In this document: in pieces, positions 1 through 7,784 of the stretch
How the letters are laid out: every line of letters starts with the position of its first letter
How positions within the stretch are numbered: the first letter of the stretch is position 1
Source: an uncultured virus (IMG/VR IMGVR_UViG_3300032323_003315)
Taxonomy: Duplodnaviria; Heunggongvirae; Uroviricota; Caudoviricetes
IMG/VR virus record: IMGVR_UViG_3300032323_003315
DNA length: 20,000 nt
Direction: 5' to 3' (one strand)
Notes under the pieces: model-generated
Databases searched by the model: none
The model's input: the letters and a program-made list of their open reading frames with translations, nothing else
Told to the model about the DNA's origin: nothing
Made by a program: the position numbers and the translations under genes

Positions 1-449
1 TTTGCTTTTGTGTCATACTCATACATCGCCAAAGTCAAAGTAGTATTATTGTCTTTGCGAAGACGGAAAAAATATTTCTTTTCGTCTTGTGGTGGCGGTG
101 GCGGAGGAGGAGGTGGTTGCTGATGCGGGTCTGTTGGTGGTGGTGGCGGCGGTGGCGGTGGATTGTCTTTGAACTCCTGCTTATCGCTCAACTCTTGGAA
201 ATATTGTGTTGCTTCCAAAGTGCCTTGCGTATCGGGGCTAAAAACTTTCTCTTCGCTCATGGTATCGCCGTCCATCTTGCCAACAAGGATATATGCAAAT
301 CCTTTATCGTCCAATATGTATTCAAGGAAAGCAATTACGCCGCTTTTTGGAAAAAAGTTTTCCCAACGAATACCCTGCCCATTGTTAGTTGGCATCTTGG
401 TAAACTTTGGTTTTTCGTAATTACTTTGTGAAGGATTTATGTCAATCAT
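1..449 (-). CDS. Hypothetical protein running off the left edge, with twin poly-proline tracts
   Basis: Hand translation from ATG at 449 gives MIDINPSQSNYEKPKF...QEFKDN-P9-TDPHQQ-P9-QDEKKYFFRLRKDNNTTLTLAMYEYDTKAK, open to the window edge. It starts 29 nt after the stop of the 799-aa gene. Missing from the ORF track because no stop lies in the window. Confidence 0.85.
   Translation of the reverse strand, partial: MIDINPSQSNYEKPKFTKMPTNNGQGIRWENFFPKSGVIAFLEYILDDKGFAYILVGKMDGDTMSEEKVFSPDTQGTLEATQYFQELSDKQEFKDNPPPPPPPPPTDPHQQPPPPPPPPPQDEKKYFFRLRKDNNTTLTLAMYEYDTKA
90..161 (-). repeat. Two CCN x9 (poly-Pro) codon tracts separated by 6 codons
   Basis: (ggt/ggc/gga)n runs on + strand at 90-116 and 135-161. 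Confidence 0.9.
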
Positions 450-478
450 AAATTATATGCAATCTTACTACTTTTATT

Positions 479-2878
479 CTACAAAACAAAGAAGTCGTCG
501 TTGAATTTGTTGCTAACCTCTTTCAATATACCGCCCTTTGCAAAGCCCGCATTTTCTACTTGCGTATTGAAATGCTCCGCACTTGCCCATTTGATTTGCT
601 CTTGGCGCAATACCATATAGCTTCCTGTTACGTTTTTCTCCCCATTGATTATGTCCTGCGGGTTGTCTTCGTACATCAAAATACCATCGTAAAAGGTTTT
701 TTCGCGCATGTAGTTAAGCAGGGCTGTATTGAATTTACGAATATAAACCCAAAACTGCATTGGGGTATCAAGGAAAGCGTTTAGTTGGTCTATTCCCGCG
801 CTTGCATACCTATCGTAATTTGGTAAAGCTATTTCACGGGGTATGTTATATTCATTCATAAGAACATCGCCAATGTTGCGTAATGGAACGGCATCAATTC
901 CAAAAGCCATTACGTCTATTGGGTTTTTAATGTCCAAAAACACTTGGTACATGAAGCCATCGCCATAAAGATTGGCAAACCATTGAGAGTAAGAACGATT
1001 GTCTGCAAAATAAGCAGCAGGGAAATCGCTAAAACGCCATGCCATAAAATCCGCACGCGAACCATGATAACAAACCAAAGGCTCTTTTGTGCGGGGATTT
1101 ATTGCTTTGCTTACGCCGCCATAGTTTCCTGTTCTGTATGCCATTTGCCAATCTCCGAACCACGATATGAAATTGTCTGTGCGTACTTTGTGCCATTGCT
1201 TATTTGTAAGTTCAGTAGGCACGCCGTTAATGCTCATCAGCGAAGTATCGGGCGTTTCTGTTTCTAAACGCTCCTGTATAAATGTATTACCAAGTTTGTT
1301 AAGCAGTTCTAATCCTGTATCTGTTTCTAAAAGGTATTTATCCTTTGCTTCGCGCAGTTCGGCAAGTTTACGGTCAATCTGCACTTGTTTGTCGGCATTG
1401 GTTTTATCCACCAAGCCGCGCAAAATGCTGTATTTGCTAATCTCTGCTTCTGCCGCTTTGGAAAGCAATTCATATTTAACCTTATCGCGGGTGTCCTTTT
1501 TGCGTACTTTACGAATAGCCTTATCTAAATCGGTGATAGTTTCATTGACAAAACGATATTCGGGTTCGCCTTTGGTTATATGGCTGCGTAATATCAAAGT
1601 ATGACCATAAAATACACCTGTTTCATAATTTACATATACTTTACCATTATATTCAAAAATTATATTTTGATAATTATAATCGCCACCTATTTGTACTTTA
1701 ATACCTAATAATTTAATACGCAATGTGTTACCACCATCAATAGATATATTTTTTGGTTCTATAATTCTATTTTCGTTGGCAATATAATCGTAATATGTGT
1801 TTTCATTTCGCTCGTAAGATACAACTTCAAAAAAACGCTCTGACCCCTCAAATTCTATATCAGCACTATCGTTTACGCAAAAAGCATAAGGAACATTAAA
1901 AGACTTACCTGTATTTATTCGCCTTACCCTTTCGCCATCATTATTTGGATATAAATATTCACATAAGTGAGTATTAGAAGGTTCATTTTTTCCATCTTTG
2001 AACACTATACACATTTGCCCTATTTTATCCGCGTAGTTGATTACGTTAGGAATGTTTTGTGGATATACAATTTCTTGGCTTGTGCTAAAATCAGCAGGTA
2101 ATTCAACCAATGGATTAGGCATTACAATTATTCTATCTGACGCACCATATTTAGTTGCGTCAAAAACAAAACTATTATATTCGTCATTTATAATCCTTGA
2201 GAGTTTTATACCTATGACTGCTGTATTATTATTGTCATAAATAAAACCTTTTACTTGAAAGGGTATATAAAAATTGTAACCATATTTTGCTATAACTTCA
2301 TCGTAATAATTACCAACATCTGAAAACAAATCCCTATCAGAGTTTTCCTCGTAGTATGGTTTAACAAATACGAAGCTACCAATAAAAATACTTTCATCAA
2401 AAGCATAACTATCCGTAGTTGTAGTATTACGCGCCGTGCAATCTATGTATAACGTATTCTCCTTATTAGACGCGTTAATTGCTACATACACAGTAGTATC
2501 AACATCATCGCGAAAACTTGCAACAACTTGTTTACCTGCATAATAGGTTGCAAATGGCTTGTTGTCCTCTGTACCTCCCAAAAACCTGCCACCATCACCA
2601 AATTTATGCTTGGAGATTTCTCCGCCCTCTTTGAAGGCTACGCCTCCATGGTCGCTGTTTAGCTTGCTCAAAATTTCTTTTGGTGTCATTTGCTTGCCCT
2701 CAAAAGTGTATTTCTGATTGCTTTCCACCGCAGGCTTTGTAATTACTACCTCTCCGCCCTCTACTTCTATGGGTTCATTGGTGTCAACATTGATACCTTT
2801 TATACCACCCTCGCTATGGGGCTTTCCAACAAGATAACCGCCTTTTTTAGCGTCCTTGGTCTTTATTGCATTTTTCAT
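479..2878 (-). CDS. Polyvalent protein: N-terminal GxxHxxGG...EVEGGE domain, AT-rich variable middle, helical linker, C-terminal ART-PolyVal-like ADP-ribosyltransferase domain
   Basis: C-terminal motifs VRTDNFISWFGDW, EPLVCYHGS, AAYFA, VFLDIKNP, YDGI and EQIK match the ART of phage polyvalent proteins and align with the 19184-19756 ORF. Recognised by eye. Confidence 0.8.
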   Translation of the reverse strand: MKNAIKTKDAKKGGYLVGKPHSEGGIKGINVDTNEPIEVEGGEVVITKPAVESNQKYTFEGKQMTPKEILSKLNSDHGGVAFKEGGEISKHKFGDGGRFLGGTEDNKPFATYYAGKQVVASFRDDVDTTVYVAINASNKENTLYIDCTARNTTTTDSYAFDESIFIGSFVFVKPYYEENSDRDLFSDVGNYYDEVIAKYGYNFYIPFQVKGFIYDNNNTAVIGIKLSRIINDEYNSFVFDATKYGASDRIIVMPNPLVELPADFSTSQEIVYPQNIPNVINYADKIGQMCIVFKDGKNEPSNTHLCEYLYPNNDGERVRRINTGKSFNVPYAFCVNDSADIEFEGSERFFEVVSYERNENTYYDYIANENRIIEPKNISIDGGNTLRIKLLGIKVQIGGDYNYQNIIFEYNGKVYVNYETGVFYGHTLILRSHITKGEPEYRFVNETITDLDKAIRKVRKKDTRDKVKYELLSKAAEAEISKYSILRGLVDKTNADKQVQIDRKLAELREAKDKYLLETDTGLELLNKLGNTFIQERLETETPDTSLMSINGVPTELTNKQWHKVRTDNFISWFGDWQMAYRTGNYGGVSKAINPRTKEPLVCYHGSRADFMAWRFSDFPAAYFADNRSYSQWFANLYGDGFMYQVFLDIKNPIDVMAFGIDAVPLRNIGDVLMNEYNIPREIALPNYDRYASAGIDQLNAFLDTPMQFWVYIRKFNTALLNYMREKTFYDGILMYEDNPQDIINGEKNVTGSYMVLRQEQIKWASAEHFNTQVENAGFAKGGILKEVSNKFNDDFFVL

Positions 2879-2879
2879 T

Positions 2880-3743
2880 TTAAATATCGTCTAATGTTAA
2901 ATTGGAATAATCGGGTGGGAATATACCACCCTTTTCATACTTGGCATCAATGTAAAACAAATCTCCCTCATACTCGTATCCTATCGCTTCCTGCCCCCAT
3001 TCGTTTGCCCATGCAGCTATTTGCTTCATAAGTTTGGCTTTGTTTTCCTTGAAACTTTCGGGTGTGGCATACGAAACTACCCTTACTACTTTCTCGTTCA
3101 CCAATTTGCCATTACTTGCCATATACCCACCGATATAATTTGCTGATGTATAACCACCAAACATATTTGCAAGCGTTCTTTTTACAATATCCACCCTGCT
3201 ATCCATTTCTTTTTGGGAAACCATTTCGCTTACGTTGGATGTGCTTGGAACATAAACGGCCATTTCTACGGGCAAGTGGAACATTTTGTTTTGCTTTGGC
3301 AAGCGTGGTACTCTACCGCCCGCAGCCATAACTTCCGCCATGCCGCCTTTTGCAAGGTTCAGTTGTTTGAGCCTGCTGTAATAATCAAGCGTTTCGTAAA
3401 TATGGTCTTGTGCAATAGACATGGCGATAAGAATATCGTCCGTATGCTCAAGTTCGTGTTTCATGCCTTCTTCCAAAAAAGGTAATAGTTGTTCTTCGGT
3501 GATATTATGCTTATCCATAATCTCTCCGATAGTGTGTTTTCCTATCTTTCTTTTTGGTCTGATAAGGTCAGTATATGTGTTTTTATCATCCATTTGGGTG
3601 TCTGTATTTTCGGAGGTAAGTAATATTTTGTGTGGTGTAAAATGATGATTTACCGTTGCATTGTAAGCGTCCTGCAAATCCATGTTTTGCCCAATAGGAT
3701 AGGCTTTTTGGTTGTTTTTATCGTCTATAAATAACGCTATCAT
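2880..3743 (-). CDS. Modular protein: DUF5661-like (EHT...DH...DYY) domain plus DUF3574-like domain, with GG-motif linkers
   Basis: First domain: GMKHELEHTDD...IAQDHIYETLDYYSRL. Second domain: FGGYT...GGYMASNGKLVNEKV...WGQEAI. Linkers LAKGG, MAAGG and YEKGG. Confidence 0.6.
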   Translation of the reverse strand: MIALFIDDKNNQKAYPIGQNMDLQDAYNATVNHHFTPHKILLTSENTDTQMDDKNTYTDLIRPKRKIGKHTIGEIMDKHNITEEQLLPFLEEGMKHELEHTDDILIAMSIAQDHIYETLDYYSRLKQLNLAKGGMAEVMAAGGRVPRLPKQNKMFHLPVEMAVYVPSTSNVSEMVSQKEMDSRVDIVKRTLANMFGGYTSANYIGGYMASNGKLVNEKVVRVVSYATPESFKENKAKLMKQIAAWANEWGQEAIGYEYEGDLFYIDAKYEKGGIFPPDYSNLTLDDI

Positions 3744-3759
3744 ATTCGTTCAGCAACGC

Positions 3760-3793
3760 TTTGTAAATACGCAAAGTTGTTGCTCTATTTTTG
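3760..3793 (+). promoter_or_regulatory. Bacteroidota-type sigma-A promoter, overlapping an imperfect inverted repeat at 3752-3784
   Basis: TTTG (3760-3763), 22-nt spacer, TATTTTTG (3786-3793; TAnnTTTG), then 21 nt to ATG at 3815. The spacer is one nt longer than the usual 19-21. Confidence 0.5.
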
Positions 3794-3814
3794 TTATGTC
3801 AAATATAAGATAAA

Positions 3815-3922
3815 ATGAAAGAATTTTTCAACATCAACAGCGACAAGTGGTTGGGCGGCGTGAATGTTCACAACACCATCACTATTGCCTTGCTTGCTTA
3901 CCTCGTTTACAAGAACCGTTAA
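3815..3922 (+). CDS. 35-aa small membrane peptide, below the ORF-track cutoff
   Basis: MKEFFNINSDKWLGGVNVHNTITIALLAYLVYKNR*. TAAA-ATG context, strong NNC codon bias, hydrophobic C-terminal helix followed by KNR, own promoter and terminator. Confidence 0.7.
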   Translation: MKEFFNINSDKWLGGVNVHNTITIALLAYLVYKNR

Positions 3923-3969
3923 TCGGACTTGAAATGAAGTAAATCATGCCTGTGCAATGACTACGCGAG

Positions 3970-4006
3970 TAAGGCGATTAGCGGAATGTTAGTCGCCTTA
4001 TTTTTT
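3970..4006 (+). terminator. Rho-independent terminator
   Basis: TAAGGCGATTAGC-GGAAT-GTTAGTCGCCTTA followed by T6. Two G.U pairs form only in the + strand RNA. Confidence 0.8.
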
Positions 4007-5261
4007 ATAGCAGTTCACTAAAAACAACTTTCCACGTTTCGGCTATCTTATCCCAATCGTATTCGCTCAATATCTGATTGTATAAGCCCTTATCCACGCC
4101 AATGCCATTGTGCGCGTCCATGTACGCTTGTATCATTTGGTTGGCCGTTTCCTCTACGCTTGGTATATGCCGTATGTTCTCATAATCGGCTATTTGGAAG
4201 TGGTTGTTTAATTCAGTTATTGGATAGCATGCTTTACCATCAAGGGTGATTTCTTTTAGACTTGTGTGCATAGGTGCAATAATTGGCAATCCTACTGCCA
4301 TAGCTTCTGTTACAGTTAATCCCCATCCTTCTGCGCCCGTTGTAGTAATGTAGCAATCCAAACAATTATATATCTCGTTCATTTCCTCAAGGGTATAAGC
4401 ACCACCTTTGATATATTCCTCTTTTGTTGGATAGTGAACGTATTGTGTTATTTCAAGGGCTTCGCATGCACGATAAAGATTTATGCCCGTGCTATCAGTA
4501 GGCGACATGTGCAGGTAAAGCGCAGGTGCTTTTATTTCGGGGTTGCTTCTTTTTTTGATGTGATACCATTCAACAAACATCCCAAACGCAAGCAAAGTGC
4601 CGCCAATGTTTTTACGGGAATTGTTTTTGTTTATGTTGCCAAATATGAATTTGTCTTTTGATAGTTTCCATTTGCTCCGTATTGCTTCCTTGTCAAAATT
4701 ATCAATCGCATAAAAATCATTTCTGTTTGCGCCATGGGGTATGACGGTAACATTTTTTCTGTATGGCTCTAATTGTTCAGCACCATAATTAGTGTAAGTA
4801 ACAAGAGTATGCCAAAAATCCAAATCATTCATAAATGTTGGATTTACAGGGCTGTCTATTGGAGCGTATAAAACCGCCTTAAATTTTTTCTGCTTGTTTT
4901 TTTCTTTATAGATATGCTTAATATCATGCAGTATATTCATGGTGGGAGAAAAAACAGGAATATCATTGATAGCCCAAAACAAATCCCAATTACCCTCATT
5001 CAGCATTTTAAGCATGCCGTCGCGATACCAAAGGTCGTTCAAGTTTTTTGCATGGTCTTTTGCGGAGCGCACATAAGCCTTTCCGCCATTTTTGCCATTG
5101 TACCAAAAAGGCTTGCCCGTAAAGTTGGTAGCGCAAATATGTACGTTTACATTTTTCTCGTTAAACCATATAAGTAACCTGTCAAGGAGATTATGGGCTA
5201 CACTTGCAAATCCCGTATGCACGGAAAAATCCATGTAGCACAACATGTTTTTTGTTTCCAT
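4005..5261 (-). CDS. GT-B glycosyltransferase (GT4-like)
   Basis: TGFASV at the N-terminus, NKNNSRKN, the EX7E signature EGWGLTVTEAMAVGLPII, and C-terminal YDWDKIAETW. Confidence 0.9.
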   Translation of the reverse strand: METKNMLCYMDFSVHTGFASVAHNLLDRLLIWFNEKNVNVHICATNFTGKPFWYNGKNGGKAYVRSAKDHAKNLNDLWYRDGMLKMLNEGNWDLFWAINDIPVFSPTMNILHDIKHIYKEKNKQKKFKAVLYAPIDSPVNPTFMNDLDFWHTLVTYTNYGAEQLEPYRKNVTVIPHGANRNDFYAIDNFDKEAIRSKWKLSKDKFIFGNINKNNSRKNIGGTLLAFGMFVEWYHIKKRSNPEIKAPALYLHMSPTDSTGINLYRACEALEITQYVHYPTKEEYIKGGAYTLEEMNEIYNCLDCYITTTGAEGWGLTVTEAMAVGLPIIAPMHTSLKEITLDGKACYPITELNNHFQIADYENIRHIPSVEETANQMIQAYMDAHNGIGVDKGLYNQILSEYDWDKIAETWKVVFSELL

Positions 5262-5265
5262 AAAA

Positions 5266-5604
5266 TTACTTCAATACCTCTAATTTGCTTTTTGGCTTTG
5301 CATCTACGTTGCTTATCGCAAGTTTATTTGGTATGGCTTCGCAGGTTTGAAAATAGAAAATATCATCGCCACTTTTTACAAGTTGCGCGCGCGTGCAATG
5401 CGTAGAGCATATTTCGTACTCTTTTGCATATTGCCCTTCTATTGTACCTTGCACTATGGCGTGCTGTACTTTATGGCATTTGCAGGGAAACCCGTCTTTC
5501 ACAAGGATTTTAACATTTTTCATTTCCCTTGCAGGATGTTCCATTAATTCGTACTGATGCAAATACTCAATGTTCTGTGCAGTTTTGTTTGCGTTGTCGT
5601 TCAT
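5266..5604 (-). CDS. Hypothetical Cys-containing protein (start revised from 5655 to ATG 5604)
   Basis: MNDNANKT... with CKCH, CSTHC and C. The revised start avoids overlap with the 5615-5857 gene. Confidence 0.7.
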   Translation of the reverse strand: MNDNANKTAQNIEYLHQYELMEHPAREMKNVKILVKDGFPCKCHKVQHAIVQGTIEGQYAKEYEICSTHCTRAQLVKSGDDIFYFQTCEAIPNKLAISNVDAKPKSKLEVLK

Positions 5605-5614
5605 GTTGGCAAAT

Positions 5615-5857
5615 TTAATTGTAATTGTCGTAACACCAAATAGGGGTTTTATCACCCATGTATGCTCCGCTTACATTATACTCAAAATACTCAAGAGCAT
5701 CTTCCTCGCTCATATCTCAGCAAAGAATTGTGAGGCATTTGGATACTGAATAAATCAGTCTTTCAGATTTTGTATCTACCCCTATAATAGCTTCGTCAAA
5801 ACCATCGGCGATTAAAAACTCCGTATCGGGGTGTGCTTCTATTATTGTTTCTAACAT
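5615..5857 (-). pseudogene. Conserved small phage protein (DGFDEAIIG...EYFEYNVSGAYMGDKTP) interrupted by an in-frame TGA at 5717-5719
   Basis: Hand translation: MLETIIEAHPDTEFLIADGFDEAIIGVDTKSERLIYSVSKCLTILC*DMSEEDALEYFEYNVSGAYMGDKTPIWCYDNYN*. It fills the 5605-5858 gap almost exactly, and both halves carry motifs of one family. Confidence 0.75.
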
Positions 5858-5858
5858 A

Positions 5859-6497
5859 TCAATCTATATCTGTTTCTCTTTTGGCAGGCGTACCCATGAC
5901 CTTGTAAGTCCATTCGTGGCTGCTTGCTTTTTTATGACTATGGCTATGCTCAATCATCCACTTTATCATTTCCCAATCATGTCCATAAAAATCACCTTGG
6001 TCGGGAACACCCCTATAAAACTCCATGCTTATACATAATTCGCTATGGCCAATCAGTCCTGCGGTTGCTTGTGTATCTCGTAATGTTCCAAGCGCATTAT
6101 TCCATGTATTGTAATAAACAAAGTCATGATTACTATTTTCTATTTCTGAAAGATAGTGTTCCAAATGGTTGATTTTTACAACGTCGTCATTGTCTATAAA
6201 GCAAATGTATGGTGCATCAGCAAGTTCTTTCATAAGGTTTCTTATGTAGTAACCATACCCACCATAATTTTTATCAAGGTTAAACGCTATCCATTCATTG
6301 CCCTTGTCTTCCTCCTCTTTTATTATTTCCTGCACCCAACCTCTGTCAAGGTCGGCTTGCCATACATGGCAACCATCACCAATCAGATAAACTTGAAAGT
6401 TGTTTATGGTCTGTTTGCGTAAGCAGTCAATTAGTCTTGCTGTTCTTTGAGGGCGACCAAATATCGGTACACATACTGTTATTCTCGGCGTATTCAT
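5859..6497 (-). CDS. GT-A glycosyltransferase (GT2-like)
   Basis: ITVCVPIFGRP, IGDG, RN, YICFIDNDD (DxD) and HDW motifs. Confidence 0.9.
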   Translation of the reverse strand: MNTPRITVCVPIFGRPQRTARLIDCLRKQTINNFQVYLIGDGCHVWQADLDRGWVQEIIKEEEDKGNEWIAFNLDKNYGGYGYYIRNLMKELADAPYICFIDNDDVVKINHLEHYLSEIENSNHDFVYYNTWNNALGTLRDTQATAGLIGHSELCISMEFYRGVPDQGDFYGHDWEMIKWMIEHSHSHKKASSHEWTYKVMGTPAKRETDID

Positions 6498-7108
6498 TTC
6501 TTTGGGTAAATGTATATGATGCCTCTCTTAACTTCTGTTGCTGTTTCGTCCGTATTATAATGATAGTAGTAACCATCTGCGCCATAAATGCTATCTAAAT
6601 AGGGTTGCATCGTAGCAAAAGATATATCCACCCCCTCATAGGCATCATACCCAAGTTCGGGTTCGTTTGGAACTAAACAGTCATGCACAACAATACATGG
6701 CTTCAAACCGCTTTCCTTTATGATTTCAAGTTCTTTGAGCAATGGTAAAGTTTGCCAATGGCTGTCTATGAAAATCAAAGTATCATCGCCGCAACCTGAC
6801 AACATAGTGTTCAATAGCGTTACGCTATCGCCTAAAAACGATACTATGTTTTTCAACCCCACGGCTCTCTGTAAGCCAATGTTGCGGAATTGTTCATTGA
6901 TTTCAACCGTGATTACCTGTTCAAAGTTTTCAGCAAACCACTTTGTTGAGCCAAAAACACAACTGCCCAACTCTACAAGGGTAGAAATGTTAAATTTGTC
7001 TTTCAGTTTTAAAAACTCTTTACAAGCAAACATGTCGCCGTTAAGGGGTAATGCTTGGTATGGCATTAAGATTGGTTCGTTTGGTAAAAGGCCGTCGTAT
7101 TTTCCCAT
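6494..7108 (-). CDS. Class I SAM-dependent methyltransferase (probable sugar O-methyltransferase)
   Basis: LVELGS (motif I), ITVEIN, LGDS, IFIDSH, PLLKEL and IVVHD. Confidence 0.8.
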   Translation of the reverse strand: MGKYDGLLPNEPILMPYQALPLNGDMFACKEFLKLKDKFNISTLVELGSCVFGSTKWFAENFEQVITVEINEQFRNIGLQRAVGLKNIVSFLGDSVTLLNTMLSGCGDDTLIFIDSHWQTLPLLKELEIIKESGLKPCIVVHDCLVPNEPELGYDAYEGVDISFATMQPYLDSIYGADGYYYHYNTDETATEVKRGIIYIYPKK

Positions 7109-7118
7109 AATTGATATT

Positions 7119-7784
7119 TTATACTTCTACCCATTGTCCATGGGGATTGTGCGGATGATATTGGCAATGCTGAAAATTTAAAGCAATTTTCATATTTGGT
7201 TCTGCAAGCAAATCTTTTCTAACCATGTACAGGTTCAAAGCGTCATTCTGAAAGACTATACGATAGCCCAACATTTCTGCAAGTTTTAAACCCGCGCTAA
7301 AAGAGAAGCCGTAATAATCGTTGCTATTCCAAGTATGGTTTGGATTGTATGCTATCTTTTTGCTTATGCCTTCGGGTATTGTTCCATTGACTTCGCATAC
7401 GATAAGCATAGGTTTGTAGTTTTGACAAATAGCATGAATAATATCAAAATCATTCCCATCTGTATCATAATTCAGCAACGTAAATTCCTTGGGGCAGCGA
7501 TATTTTTTCAATATGCTACACGCGTTCTCTGCTGTTACCCATTCCTCTTTAACCTCTTGGTTGCCATGGTTGTTGCCGTCTATCAGCAATTTTTTGAAAC
7601 CATGCTCCTCTATAAAGTAGCGGGTATTGCTTAAATGAAAACCATCCCAAGCACCTATATCCACAAGATACTTGTTTCCGTATCCTATGTTGTCCAAAAT
7701 AAATTTGATATAGCCCTCTTCTCCTGTTTGGCTATATTTCTGAAAGCGATGATTGCCTATTTCGGCTATCCAAGTGTCATTCAT
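7119..7784 (-). CDS. FkbM-like SAM-dependent methyltransferase
   Basis: YSQTGEEG, VDIGAWDG..SNT, DTDGND, IVCEVN, YYGFS and NLYMVR. Confidence 0.85.
   Translation of the reverse strand: MNDTWIAEIGNHRFQKYSQTGEEGYIKFILDNIGYGNKYLVDIGAWDGFHLSNTRYFIEEHGFKKLLIDGNNHGNQEVKEEWVTAENACSILKKYRCPKEFTLLNYDTDGNDFDIIHAICQNYKPMLIVCEVNGTIPEGISKKIAYNPNHTWNSNDYYGFSFSAGLKLAEMLGYRIVFQNDALNLYMVRKDLLAEPNMKIALNFQHCQYHPHNPHGQWVEV

Noticed and set aside
87..431. W/R-rich plus-strand ORF (and 163-420)
   Set aside because: Antisense shadow of the poly-Pro gene on the minus strand.
450..481. Amber (TAG) recoding fusing the 799-aa gene to the downstream gene
   Set aside because: Reading through TAG reaches TGA after 10 codons and is out of frame with ATG 449; genes tile well under the standard code.
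4399..4416. YIKGG in the GT4 as a processing motif
   Set aside because: It lies inside the GT-B C-terminal domain rather than at a linker; treated as background.
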